A stretch of DNA of 63,329 nucleotides, filler included, from Perkinsus chesapeaki ATCC PRA-425 (Eukaryota; Protista; Perkinsozoa), in assembly GCA_013115145.1 (NCBI GenBank). It is 9 parts of 9 records of this genome, joined end to end, with 100 filler letters (N's around TTAATTAATTAA, not from the genome) between each part and the next. Parts side by side here need not be neighbours in the genome. Positions count along the whole stretch, not along the records: positions 1 to 25,410 come from JAAPAO010000527.1; 8 more parts are not named here. One strand, given 5' to 3'. Positions 12,485-25,213 of the stretch are shown piece by piece. The stretch's first letter is position 1. Every line of letters begins with the position of its first letter. The translations under genes and the position numbers were made by a program. Under the pieces are notes generated by a model that was not told where the DNA came from, ran no database searches, and was given only the letters and a program-made list of their open reading frames with translations.

Positions 12485-15400
12485 CTACTCTGGCCGTAGT
12501 TTACCCATCATCGACCCTCCAGCCTTCCCTTTATTACTACCAGATGATGTAGCACCCCCCTCATTAACACCAGCCTGTTCCCTCAACTCCTCCAGAGTCT
12601 CCCCTCTAAAGACCCACCGTCCAGACCTATACCATCCAATCACAGCCTAACAACCCCCGCTCCAACCCACTTGAGATCAGCGAACTCCTTAATAAGTCGC
12701 CGCACTGCATGGTCAGTAAGCGTGCACTTCTTCCCGGAAACTCGCTCAAATTCATCCGTTATCTCCTTCTTAGTAGCACTATCTTTGATACGGTAAATTG
12801 CCATAAGCACCGATCGATACGTATCAATCTGATACCACCATCCCCCACCTGCAACCACCCGACTCCCACCTCCTTATGACCAGTTGACGTTAGTATCCAC
12901 TTATCCCTTAACTTCATTCCTCCAGCTTGCTTTATGGCATCTAGTGCATTGGCATCAGTTACAATATCTTGGGGATACCTAATCACAACAACACCACACC
13001 ACCTTCAAATTGGCACCTTCCTCTGGTAGTATGGTAATTCCCTCAACACCATTTGCCGTCAAAAGCTAAGTTTCCTGATACCCGATATATATGCAGTTCA
13101 CTCCGTGCTAACTGTTATCAATACAAAGATCAACTTTGTCACCCTTTTCACACTGGGAGTTATCAACAACAACGTTATACTTAAAAAATACCAGCACATA
13201 TTTGGGAAATTAATCCACCCTCTCCAGAGATGGAAGCAACGAAGTGAGATACTCTATAAATTTGTGAAGTGCGGCAGCCTGCTCTTTTATTATTACAGTG
13301 TCTGCAGTAGCTTTCTTATCTCAGTAACATTAGCCACAGCTTTCCCTATCCTCTCTTTCACCTTATCAATAGCATTACTCGTCAATTTGAGGGTATTAGC
13401 AGAAGAGGGGGATGATGGTGAAGATGAGCCACCTAAAACACCAGCAACTGAAGAATAGACCAATCACACGTTTATCAACAACGAAGGCCATCTTGCCGTC
13501 GAGTGATGCTATCAGACATTATCTTGCGACATAGACTATGTCACGTTTACCATTCCGATATAGTCATGGATATACTGCACTCCAATGTATTACGTTGACT
13601 CTCTATCGCGTTGATATCTTTATAATTAATTCAATTAATTCTTTATCAGGTTAACCAATCAAGCATTGGTTGTTTGTTGAGCTAATTCCAACCACTAACC
13701 ATGCATGCGTGATGCCATTCTCAATATACTTTTACAATAAAACTTTCTCACACAACTACACACCGTTGAATATCATGACTCAAAACTTCCTAAAACCTAC
13801 ACTCATTTTGAGAAAAATTCATTTATTCTTTGCCTATCCCATAAAGAGTTGATGAATAACAGAAACTTCAATTTAGCCTCCAACCGAGCATCGTCCATAG
13901 CTTTATAAAATCCCATCACCCCTTTCCCCTATTACTCTGCTGCATCTCCTTTTCCTTCTTCCACTTAGTCCTCAACTCCTAAACAACAACATACCCGAAT
14001 TCACCTACTGCAATGTACCATCAGCCTCGCTTCGGCCTGGTCATGCTGTCGCTGCGTAACCTCAGGATGCTCCTTGCCAAATTCATCATCATAAGGAATA
14101 CGCAATTGTAAGGAACGTGTTGAAGAGTTGAACACACAGATGGGCTTCAATACCTAATTAACACGAGTCATCTTTAACCCGAATCGCAATAAATAATAAT
14201 TAACTAAAACAGGTCGCCTTCATACCTTACAAACTATACAATATACCGTTACTTGTATAATACCGCTATATAATATATAAACATCATCGTACATAAACAC
14301 ACATACAGTCCGACGCAAAAATAGAGAATAATCCGTACTGGATTTTTCACACACCACCCGAGTGAGAAATCGAAATAAAAGGGAATACTCTATTTTACTG
14401 CATCTCGCCGTGTATATGAAACTTAATAGACGTACTTGATATATATCTACTCAATACTATTGATAATACATATAAACTTTAATCACTAAAATACAAGCTT
14501 AATAGATGATGCCCTCATAGGGACACACCACACAGAATGTGTTAATAATTCATTATCCTTATCCCTCCCCCCATTACCTCCGCTATCTCCATATCAGTGA
14601 AGCCAGTAGCTGCCTTCAAATGCTCAACACCAAATGGTCGTTTAGTGCTCAATAACAGTAACACCAGATCACGAAGATCATGGTACTTCGGAGCGTGATT
14701 GGTAAGCCTGGAGCTTAACACCCATACACCCCTAACCTGAGTAATAACCAATGTCCTTCGGTCCTCTACAGAAATTTACAGACCGCGGTCAAACAAGACA
14801 AGTGTCCATGTACGTATCAACCTATTATCAGCGCCAAAACAGGTTTTACTTAATTACAAAACACAGATAAGCATCAGACCGCAATAAAATGCTAAATAGG
14901 ATACGGCGCTACGAATGCCTAAATCTAGCCATAGCTTTGAACGCACCCGTTTTCGCCCGTTTCACTAACTCCCTGTATCCGTACAATACATCCCTTTAAT
15001 CCATCACCCTCACTAAGTGCTATTCCCCCTTTTGATAGAGTACCATCCTCCTCCCCCTATTACCAATACAGAGCAGTTCTCCAAATGTGATATAATGGCA
15101 TTATCAGCTAAGTTGTGGCGAGTATTAACAGGCAATAGGTTAACCTGAAAACAAAGTGATATAACCGTCTATACTAGGCACTATCCAAAGACAAGCGAAA
15201 CTGGATCCTGATTATTGTGCAACCTGTCCCCTTCGAGTCGATGGGGGAATGAACGGAGAGTCAAACTATAAAAGTAACATATTGACAACAATATTGAAGG
15301 TAAGCCACTTACGGGAGCCATCACAAGATTGCCCCCATAAAAACCCATTTAAGATTCCAGCCTAACCCGTAGTACAATCTGTTTCGAGTAGTTGGCCACC

Positions 15401-18319
15401 GATAACTTTTTCATGATAGTCTCAAGCTGCTGGTTAACATCCAGTCTACCCAAATCGCCCCACTCATCCTTAACACCGACCACGTTACCACAAAGGGAGG
15501 TAAGGTACCTAATAACAGAAGGAGGCAAAGACATTTAAGAAGAGCATCAATAGTATGCTTCAATAGGACTAACGGGAGAAGTATGTCTTACGAAAAGTTG
15601 GTATTATCATTTTCCTATGTTGGATTTTGCTGTTCAACAAGGTGAATGGCAGCTAGTCATGAATCCAAACACAAATGACTTCCACTAAAGGTATTATTAA
15701 AGACATGCACGCCACCGAATGCGTTGGTAAGGAAACAACTTCTTCGTGTAAACCCGATAACCTTCGCACTACCCAGTCACAATTGCCAGCCCTACATTAT
15801 AGTCCAGCCTAACTAATGCCAGATTCAGCTAGATATGTTCCCATTACATATGTAATACTGGTTGCCCGTATGCCCCCATTATATTATTACGAGTCCTGAT
15901 CCTTGACATGGAACTTCAATTCCATAGTCCTCCTCTCCCTTTTAGCCCTAGCATCTATATCCTCCCATTGCTTAGCGCTCTCGCTAACTACTGGTGTTAA
16001 GAACTGACGCTCATAGATATCAGCCGCCTAAGCAAACACAGACAGTCATTTCTGATACAATTTCCGTAAAAACACCTAAACTGAACGACTTTGTCGTCTT
16101 CTAACCGAATACCGAGGTTGATAAAGACCCATAAGATGCTAATAGCTCATTAGTCAGCAAGAGATAATACCAATCACATCAAGCCCAGCAACGGTACTAT
16201 ACACTCGAGACATTACCACGAGAATCATCTGTACATATCACTTATATTAATTATAATATGTCTATAATGATATCCACAGAATTCAACAAAAAACGTAATT
16301 AACTACGAACAAAATTCGATAGGAGTGGCTATTTTTCGACTACCTCAGGCGAATCAGCATCATAAAAGTCCAGTTCCTTCCATGGACCCCCTTCATCCTC
16401 TGCTCTATCCTTTCCTTCCTCACCTTCCTTTTCATCACCATTACCCTCTGGTTTAGCTCCCAGGCTATGATCCTAATCAACATAACCATATAACACCTCT
16501 TATCGAACAAGCGATAATAGTTTATCCTTTATAGGATAAGTAATAACGGCAGAGTCGACAGTATCCAATAACAGTAAAATGCTGCTGATATAAACTTGTT
16601 TGCTCCCATCAGTAGAAATTACCCTACAGTCATTATCCCTAACAGCACTTAATTACACTGCTAAAGCCCAACTGTGTCCCCGGCGTTCGATAATATAAAT
16701 TCAATCTTACTTCCCAGATTCCACAGTTCCTTATTACCTGTCTTAAGGCTGTCAGCAATGATTGCTGATAACGTTGTTTAGCTCCCATGGAGGTAGCTCC
16801 TCTTGCCAAGCTAGTACTGGCCGATATCACTTGTGATTTTTTACTACTTGCCTTTACTGGCTCCATCAAGGATTCTGAAAAGCTAGATATTGAACCCAAA
16901 TATAGTAACTAACGAAATGAAGCTCATTTTTCTATTTCCATTCAGATGGAAAAAGCTCCGTAATAAAAGTGAACACTCAATCAGCATGGTGCGGCAGTGA
17001 ACGCTCTATCTGAATCAAAGCTAATGATTTGATTCCCGCATCTTTCTCAATAAGATCTGCAACCTGACGATCGACAAGTCGGGAGTTTTGCTAAAGTGGT
17101 ATCGAAATGCCATAGTAAAATAATAAATATGACCACCATTCCTGCACTTTTCAATAAATACCAATCAAACGGGTACATTACTTTCCTCATTGTCAGCAGC
17201 TTGTTTCCCCCGTATCTTAGCCGCCATAGCTTGTCGCTCCTGTCTATCCTTATCAACATGGGTGAAGTCAGGACGTAATTGACAAAATGAAGCTAGAGGT
17301 GTCAGAGTTAATTGACCAGAGTTAACCGCACCAACACAGTAGGTACCTGAAGATGCACTTTACCGTATATCTACCCGGGCATGTACTCCCGTATGACTAT
17401 ACTGCAGTATAAAGGTAACAATTTAACCTATTTCACAAGTACGCGCTCGCGGACTTCACAAAGTGGATTGAAGACTATGTGATACGTAGGGCTAGGATCT
17501 TCACTGAGGTTTCACGGAGCTTCTCTGTATATACTATTTCACAAATTATAACCAACGCTCCCTATGTGTATCAAGAAAAAGAAAAGCTGATAAACCAAAC
17601 AACGAGTAGAGTCCAATCACAGTGTTGTACTTCCCTATTATTACATGACTTATTGGTAACCGTCTTTGCCATGAGAACTTGCTCTCTCATAGAGCTATGA
17701 GTAGCAGTCTGATCAAACGTCTCTGAGTCATCATTAAGCTTGTATCGCAGTCTAAGCTTCTTCTGGTCATCCCGTAGCTCCACACGCTCCAAAAAGCCTT
17801 GGTCCCCATATGGACGGTAAACGGGTCGCAGAGGATATCTAGGCAAGTAACGACAGGAATAGGCCAACCTCGACTATTAACGGAATTTGCTGTTAAGTCG
17901 TTCCAAATAGTATTTTGCATCTTTCCGCGAGGATTTACATACATTATTTTTACATTCATCCACAGTGACCCAAGTTGTTGAGCGGTGAATGGAAGGGTTA
18001 CTGCTATATTAGTAAAATAATTAATTAAAAATATTCTATAAATGATTAATAAAAATTGTTAGGATTGTAAATTGCTACATTTGAGGTAGCTTATCGGTAT
18101 ATGACGTCGAATAACGTCCATCTACGTCGTGTATATTATGACCGCATAGAAGAAGGCATTCCGTTTCCGTTACTACTGTAATAGGTACATCTCCCCAGTG
18201 AAGTCTGGTGGGTCCTGCATTCTATTGAGGAAGACTGGTATCTCATGTACCACTTCATCATCGTCCTCATCACCATCAGATGATGATGCTGCTGGGCTCA
18301 TCACGACATCTTGAGGCAT
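12485..18319 (-). CDS. POLR3E: RNA polymerase III subunit RPC5 (Rpc37/POLR3E), multi-exon; 3' end approximate
   Basis: Exons EVVHEIPVFLN...MYLLQ|YPLRP; TYCVGAVNSGQLTLTPLASFCQLRPDFTHVD; GPWKELDFYDADSPE; LGRLDVNQQLETIMKKLSVANY; VRGVWVLSSRL...LRDLVLLLL; LRIPYDDEFGKEHPEVTQRQH. These follow known RPC5 blocks in order. Confidence 0.85.
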
Positions 18320-18507
18320 GTCAAAAGGGAACCAACAGCAATTAATCTGCCTCCTATAAAGAAGGTAACATTTTCAACTTTCCCACAGTCACCAAGCGAT
18401 TTGTTAGCTTCCCGTACATTTATTTTATGTAACTAGTAATGGCTTCTCTCAGTGCACAGTAGTTACATTCTGAACAAGTAATCCGCACCTCGTGCTGATC
18501 GCTCAAA

Positions 18508-18524
18508 GTCACGCGCCACGAAAT
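18508..18524 (-). promoter_or_regulatory. Candidate cis-element ATTTCGTGGCGCGTGAC at the centre of the RPC5/nhaA divergent intergenic region
   Basis: Exact 17-bp match to the intronic copy at 29153-29169 on a different contig. The function is inferred only. Confidence 0.45.
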
Positions 18525-18693
18525 TGTCCCGAACTGCGCAATTGGATTTTGTTAGCACTATCCATGTTAATGTATCCGTTGTGAGGGTTGAGTTGACATA
18601 TTAGTTTCCTGGACGACGATACATGTACTATAAGGATCTTGAAAATTACTTGAGGCGTTATTCTGACCTGAAAAGTATCTTTGATTACTAATA

Positions 18694-21230
18694 ATGGCAA
18701 GTGAAGAAGCTACAATGGACACCTTGAAAGATACTACTCTAAATCATGATGATAGGATACCAGAGATACCTCATAATGAAATATCAGCTGAACAGGTAAC
18801 CTTTGAGAGAATCATGGTAAAGTTAGTTATATAGGTAGATTGTTTACCTCTATAACACTGGCATCTGTCCAATATCATACCATATAAGCATTATTGAATA
18901 TTAACACTAACATATAGCGGGTTTAACGATGTCCACTTACTAATAAGGACAACATATTATAACGTCTCTTCTATTTTTACTATATAGGAAAAGTCACATT
19001 TATTTATCCATTTCCAATTGTCGAAATAGTCTTCATTCGTTGGTAGATGTAATTACTATCGTAATGTCTCTATCTAGGCTCTCATTACTGCCCAACTACA
19101 TACAGTATCATATAGTGTCAATATATCACAGAGCTGACTGTCCGTGATATGTATTGATAAGTCAGGTTGCTATGTATCGGTGCTACACCGAGCACTTGCC
19201 ACACTACGGCTTTGTTAAGCCTGGAAATGCACAAGAAGAGTTAGAGATGTCCCCTAATAGGCTTAGCCCCGAATTCATAGCAGAAGAGGTTATTCGGGTT
19301 TTCGGGTTTCGGGTTTTCCGATCACACTACTTTTTACAGATAGAATTTGGCAGAGCTCATACCCAGCCTATAAGCCTATTTGAGCATCGGCGGAGACATG
19401 TCCATCACAATCTAAATAAAAGGGATAAGTTCTTTCGAGGACATGATGAGAAGCTACATGAAGGTGGCGACTCAGCTACTAAGTAGTATAGGGTTTAATG
19501 GACATATTGAAAGTACTCCTAACTTGCTTATATGTTGGCGGCCTACACTATTGCGAGATCTGATTAGTAAAAGCGCAGACCGTATTAACTCGGCATTGGC
19601 TTTTACTAATCATATCTTGGAATGGTGTGGTTGAGGTCAGTGGCTAGTGAAAGAGCCTGTATGATAGACACTACTGCAACCAATATGCCCCCATACCCAA
19701 CAAAAGGCTGCTTTTGGTAGCCTTCTCCTTCTCCAAGCTTCCCTCCATGTGTCTTGACTTTTATCTTTGTTCAGATACTTCAGCTCAAAGCGTCATTGGT
19801 ATCTTTACATCAGAAGATTGGTTACTATATATTTTGTACCGTTACAACTAGGTGTTATTACTGGCTTAATATGGGCTAATATAGACTATGATAACTACGT
19901 TTATGTCTGGGGAACTAGCGATGATGAAAGTGTAGATCTAGGATTCACAATAGCTCATCACCCGGTAACCTCATACCACGTCATACCGTATTTTCCTCAA
20001 CTCTTCATTTAGGTAACCCTTCATTTTATATTAAATGATATTTTTATGGCTTTCTTTTTCGGAATTGCAATGGTTGAAATTGTCCTTGCATTACTACCTG
20101 GTGGAGCTCTGTCACCGATCTCCAAGGCAGCTGTCCCTTTAATCTGTACTTGCCGCCCACCCAATCACGTTTGCGATCTTCCCTCAGGTACACTTGGCGG
20201 TATCCTCGGTCCAATCGGTGTCTTCTTCTCCCTAATGTACATCCAGAAGGCCGCCGGTGCCTTCGATAACAGCGAGTTTGCTTTCTCTGAGCTCCTCGAG
20301 GGCTGGGGTGTTGTCGTGGCCACCGATATATCTATCGCCTGGCTCGTCGCCACACTGGTCTTTGGCAGCGCCCACACAGCTATTCGGTTCCTCCTCGTCC
20401 TCGCGGTAGCCGACGATGTCGGAGGCATGCTAATCATTGCCTTCTTTTACCCCTCCGAACATGACAGCAATCCATGGTATCTTTTCATGTGCGTAGGAGC
20501 TTGCCTGGTTGCCTCCTTACTACGATTCTTTAAGTTCCGTCACTGGCTTTGGTACATCTGTCTCTCGGCTCCATTGGCCTGGTATGGTTTGTTGGCATCG
20601 GGTGTCCATGCCTCTTTAGCACTATGTTTGGTCGTGCCCTTCATGCCTAAGTACATTTACCTTGACGGTGATGCCTCTCAGAACGTGTCCGAGCCTACCA
20701 CAGCAGCGTCGCCAGTCGAGCAGCAGCAGGAGGAGGGGCCTCCCAACACTAATCACGGCGAGATGGTGATTAACGGCAAGCGAGCGGTCGAAGGGCCCTT
20801 GGAGCGCTTTGACCACGATTGTTCGTTCTTCGTCCACTGCGGGTTGCTCTTCTTTGCCTTGGCCAATGCTGGCGTGCAATTCACTAAGGATGCTTTCGGT
20901 TGGATAACATTCAACGTGGCCATCTCGCTGATAGTTGGCAAGTGTATCGGCATATTCTCCTTCGGCTCTATTGCACTATTCATACCTCATCTCACCTTAC
21001 CACACGGTATGGGCCATCTGCATTTATTCCTAGTGGGCGTTGTCTCTGGCGTCGGTCTTACAGTAGCGCTGGTAGTCGCTCATGCAGCTTACACACAGCG
21101 TGAGCTCCTTGACCAAGCCAAACTGGGGGCGTTGCTCTCCCTACTAGCAGGGCCTATAGCGATATCATTAGGAATGCTCCTCCGCATCCCGAAGGTCTCA
21201 GCTCCACCGCCCACTGGGCCACCAACCTAA
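18694..21230 (+). CDS. nhaA: Na+/H+ antiporter of the NhaA family, intron-containing, with an N-terminal extension
   Basis: Motifs HFILNDIFMAFFF, ATDISIA, LAVADDVGG (DD pair), PLERFDH, FALANAGV and LIVGKCIGI. Introns at 19965-20012 and 20146-20187. Upstream exons are inferred at ~18694-18796, ~19220-19290 and ~19340-19482. Confidence 0.85.
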
Positions 21231-22033
21231 TTACATCTTCCCAGCATTTGGAGTTGCCTTGCCAACTATGGCAACATTGACATTATTAATTTGACGGCTC
21301 TATTCTGAGACCCTCACCATGGTGTCCGTACTATTGTCTCGTACATTTCCTGTGTGTGCTGTGTCATTTCCGTTTAAACTTTCTTAGTAACGATTTGGAG
21401 ACTTTAGTTGAAGTAGTCACAGTATAGCACGAATCAATCTACTTTAGTAAGTGAGTGAAAGACATGTAACATACGATATGTAAAAAGTTTAACCTACTAC
21501 TTCAAGTACTGGTACTGGTTCGCTGTAATCTCAGGATTACGTTACAGGTCATCTTTCAATTGCGCTGTAATAGGAGGCATGTAAGGTAGTTCTCAATGCA
21601 GATAATACCGCATTTATAGTTCTTGTTGAAATCAAAGCACCAGGCCCGTGCCCGCTCAGCTACATAAGCTGGACGAGAAGTGGAAGACAAGATGTATCGA
21701 GCATGCCTATCGGTTGGGGGAGGGAATTGCTTGCGACATCCAAGCGCGGTTAAGCCTTCACGAGTTCATATGACTTTCCTAACAAGGACACGCAGAGATA
21801 CAACTGTAGACATTTAAACTTGCCGCGCCACCTCACTCCTGCCGTAGCGCCCGCCAACAACACCACCTGGACGTCTCGGTCGGAGGCTTTTCAGGCATCG
21901 CCCCATGTCTCGCATATACGAATCCAGATTCGCCGTCTCGAAAATTACATCTGCCGCACTTGCAAAATAATACAGTCGATCCTTACTCACTTCTTGGGAC
22001 AAATTTACCGATACTCAGTATTAAAACTTCCGT

Positions 22034-24658
22034 ATGACTTTCTCCCATCGCTGCTGGTCACCTGTCATCCTGTGGCTGTCCTTAAACGGCGGTGCCGCTC
22101 AATCCACTAGCAGTGACCATTGTGCACGCCTTAATCGCCACAGTGGGCATACCATTCTTGAAAATAGGACTACCGACGCACAGAAGGACTACCTGTGGGG
22201 AAGGGCTGATGACCTGAACGAGTGCCTCAACAGCCTCACTATCAGCAACATTTATGCTCTGTTTACTCTCCACAACTTGAAGTACGGTGTGGCAGAGTCT
22301 TATGCTTTCACAGACATCGCCGACGGCCTAAACCGCTCGATTGAGAGCAACACATGTGGTTTCAAACTCCACGATCTTGGCGACGTTGACCTCAAGGGTT
22401 TTATTGACCGTCAGATGAGGAATTTCTCTGACACACTGAACACATTGAGCAAAGAGGGGCAGCGGCAATTTCTCAATATGACAATTGAGGCAGCTCCTTT
22501 CCACTTTGCCATACAGCGCGAGTTCAATCGTTTGAATGATGCACACACTATGTATATCACACCTTTCGAGGCGTTCTACTATGTACTACCAATTCGGTTC
22601 AACTCGCATATGGACGGCGATGAGCAAGTTGTCACTATGAAGCTTGTTGATTATTCCTTATACTATCGACCTCTTCACAATACATCTATTGTCCATCAAG
22701 ATGGGGACGTTGTCACGAAGGTTGATGGTAAACCTGTGCTGCAGTGGATGCAAGATATGGTCGCCAATGATGGCCCCTATGCTGGCATATACCAGGGCAT
22801 GCTGCAAAGGCTCAACAATCGTTTCTTTGTCTCGGAATATGTGGACCGTAGGGCGCTGATCAATCCGCCACCGACAAAGCCTCTTGAGCTCACATTCGCT
22901 GATGGATCCACCGAGACCATTCACTGGCTTGGCAGGTTGAGTGATTACAGTAAGGTCGCTGGCCCAGGAAAAGATGCGGTGTCAACTCACGTCTACAATA
23001 TGTTGACCAACACTAACCTAAAATTCACAAAGGCCATTGATTTCGAGATGGAGTTCTACTCTCTGAGACCAGAAACACTTTGGCAAGCCAGTAGCGCCGC
23101 TGTGCCTTCCATGGGCAATACTGACATCGAGTTCATCAATGCTGTCCTCGAATCGACCACACGCAGCCCTCTGGAAGACAAGCTCCGTGGTGAGCCGAGC
23201 ACTCGAAGTATCACAGTAACCGACTGGATCAAAGGCCATGGCTACAGTTTCACTCTCGCCGGTGACGCAGTTGTTGTGTCAATCCCTGATTTCGAGCCAG
23301 TGAAGACGTTGGACACTGACGAGGATGTGGCTTTAGCCCTCTATGCTGGCTTTTACGAAGTTCAAGACTACGCCCGCCAGCATGGTGTTACCCGACTGCT
23401 CTTTGACGTTTCCTCCAACGGTGGCGGATTGATCATCTCCTCTCTGGCTTTGCAGTGGTATGTGGTCGAGTCAAACGAGGAGATTTGCTCACCAGTTGTC
23501 AAGCACATGACAGAAAACTGGCGCAAGTGGGTTTCTTCCTTCGGTGAGAACTACAACCAGGCAATAGACGACTTCTTCGCCAAGAATCCTCTGTTGGTTG
23601 GAAGCGGCGACTTCATTCAGCGGAAGTTCCAGAAGCTTTACGATCTGATAGACCATGCCAAACAGTATTTGGACGTCGCATTGGTTAAGGAGGATGACCT
23701 GCTGAGGTTGCGCAATATCGAAGATGCGATACTGTCTCAAAGCTCTTCTACTGCGCGAGCTGATCTCTTCAAGGACTTCCTTGAAGGGAGGCAGTTCCTA
23801 ACATCTGACATCGGTCAGCAACTTGTGCCAGAATATGGATGGTACCTCTTCGACAACACAGACATAGTCGACTATTCTACGGGTCAAAACTTCACTCCTC
23901 CTCTCTCACAGTACCAACAAGTTCAACTCCGTCATTGGGGTAAATCCTCTAACTACTCGAAGCCTGGAGTATTCTCATTTTGCAGCAAAGTACTCAACCA
24001 GATGCTCGAAATCGTTCCTGACAGCTACGATAGGAAGTACTGGTCTGAAGTTTCCTTCGTCACTGACGGTAACTGTGGCTCGGCTTGCTCCATGTTTACC
24101 CAAACTCTCCAGCTGTCTGGTGCAGCCACTGCCTTTACTTTTGGTTCCCTGGCTGATCAACCTATGGACGTATCGTCTTTTGGAGGCGGCAATGTTCTTC
24201 AGTACGACGATATCGCGCCTATGCTAAATATCGCAAGTCACTTGGGCAACTGGGCAACCTTCGGCAGATCCGAGTGGTCACAGATTACCAGAGAATCTTG
24301 GGTTAATAGGCCCATGCCCTTCCCTACTGCAGCTCAAGCTTCGTACACGTGGAACATCGAGCTTGCTCAGCAGCTCGGGCCCAACTCATTGCCTCGCCAA
24401 TTCTACAGAATCCCCGGCCATAAGCATTTGAATATGTGGGCTCGCAATCTTAGAGAGAGGGTCAGCGTCCACGAGACTATAGCCGATTTCAAGAGCTGGG
24501 AGAGTTTGAGGGCGAACCCCCAATTCAAGGACTTCGGTGATTGCCCTGCGTATACCCCTAACCCCACGCCTGCCCCATCAAGCTTCTCTCCGCGGGGGTC
24601 TATGGTCCGCTCAGCTTTAGTGAACGTAGCGGTATTCGTATGTTTTGGCATGCTTTAG
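22034..24658 (+). CDS. Intronless S41-family (tail-specific/CPAF-like) peptidase, probably secreted and GPI-anchored
   Basis: 874-aa ORF with an N-terminal hydrophobic signal, LLFDVSSNGGG, VTDGNCGSACS (putative catalytic Ser), GGGNV, then a Pro/Ser spacer and a hydrophobic C-terminus. Confidence 0.75.
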   Translation: MTFSHRCWSPVILWLSLNGGAAQSTSSDHCARLNRHSGHTILENRTTDAQKDYLWGRADDLNECLNSLTISNIYALFTLHNLKYGVAESYAFTDIADGLNRSIESNTCGFKLHDLGDVDLKGFIDRQMRNFSDTLNTLSKEGQRQFLNMTIEAAPFHFAIQREFNRLNDAHTMYITPFEAFYYVLPIRFNSHMDGDEQVVTMKLVDYSLYYRPLHNTSIVHQDGDVVTKVDGKPVLQWMQDMVANDGPYAGIYQGMLQRLNNRFFVSEYVDRRALINPPPTKPLELTFADGSTETIHWLGRLSDYSKVAGPGKDAVSTHVYNMLTNTNLKFTKAIDFEMEFYSLRPETLWQASSAAVPSMGNTDIEFINAVLESTTRSPLEDKLRGEPSTRSITVTDWIKGHGYSFTLAGDAVVVSIPDFEPVKTLDTDEDVALALYAGFYEVQDYARQHGVTRLLFDVSSNGGGLIISSLALQWYVVESNEEICSPVVKHMTENWRKWVSSFGENYNQAIDDFFAKNPLLVGSGDFIQRKFQKLYDLIDHAKQYLDVALVKEDDLLRLRNIEDAILSQSSSTARADLFKDFLEGRQFLTSDIGQQLVPEYGWYLFDNTDIVDYSTGQNFTPPLSQYQQVQLRHWGKSSNYSKPGVFSFCSKVLNQMLEIVPDSYDRKYWSEVSFVTDGNCGSACSMFTQTLQLSGAATAFTFGSLADQPMDVSSFGGGNVLQYDDIAPMLNIASHLGNWATFGRSEWSQITRESWVNRPMPFPTAAQASYTWNIELAQQLGPNSLPRQFYRIPGHKHLNMWARNLRERVSVHETIADFKSWESLRANPQFKDFGDCPAYTPNPTPAPSSFSPRGSMVRSALVNVAVFVCFGML

Positions 24659-25213
24659 CGAGCTTTATTGATTGAACCTCAACTTATGAAAAGAACAACT
24701 ATGTTCTCATATCCCCTAATTTCCATAATCCGTGGCAGAGCATCGTTGTGGTGTTACCACGTAGGAAACCGTAGGTACCTCCATTAAGTTGTTCAAAGAG
24801 AGCTTGTTGTGTAACTCAGTACAGAATGAAGAAGGGTAGATGGCCACCAGATAGTTAAATTCGAAAGGCTGGTTCACCTGCGCTGGTAGTAACCCAGTGT
24901 AGCTTATTCAGGATAGTCAAAGGATTGCAAATGTGTATGATAAATCACTAAGCATGGCGACTGTGAGAGAGTGCTCATTTGGTGAGTTAATTTCGTTCCA
25001 ATTTACGAGAACAAAGGAAAACCGCGGCTTTGACTGAGTATCGCAAAACAATCGTAGATAGGTACGATACCTATTGCTATCATCCCCGCGTTCAAATGAC
25101 TCTTAACACAAAGTAATATCAACTAAGTAACTCGTTCCTAGACAGATACAGATATATAATTTAGGGGTTAATGGATCACATAAAGCGGTGGTCTTACCCT
25201 GTTAGAAAACACT

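Noticed and set aside
16370-16475. Suspected stop or frameshift in RPC5
   Set aside because: On a recount the exon reads DHSLGAKPEG...EDEGGPWKELDF without interruption.
21480-22002. Possible small minus-strand gene between nhaA and the S41 gene
   Set aside because: No consistent exon chain or recognisable motif could be built.
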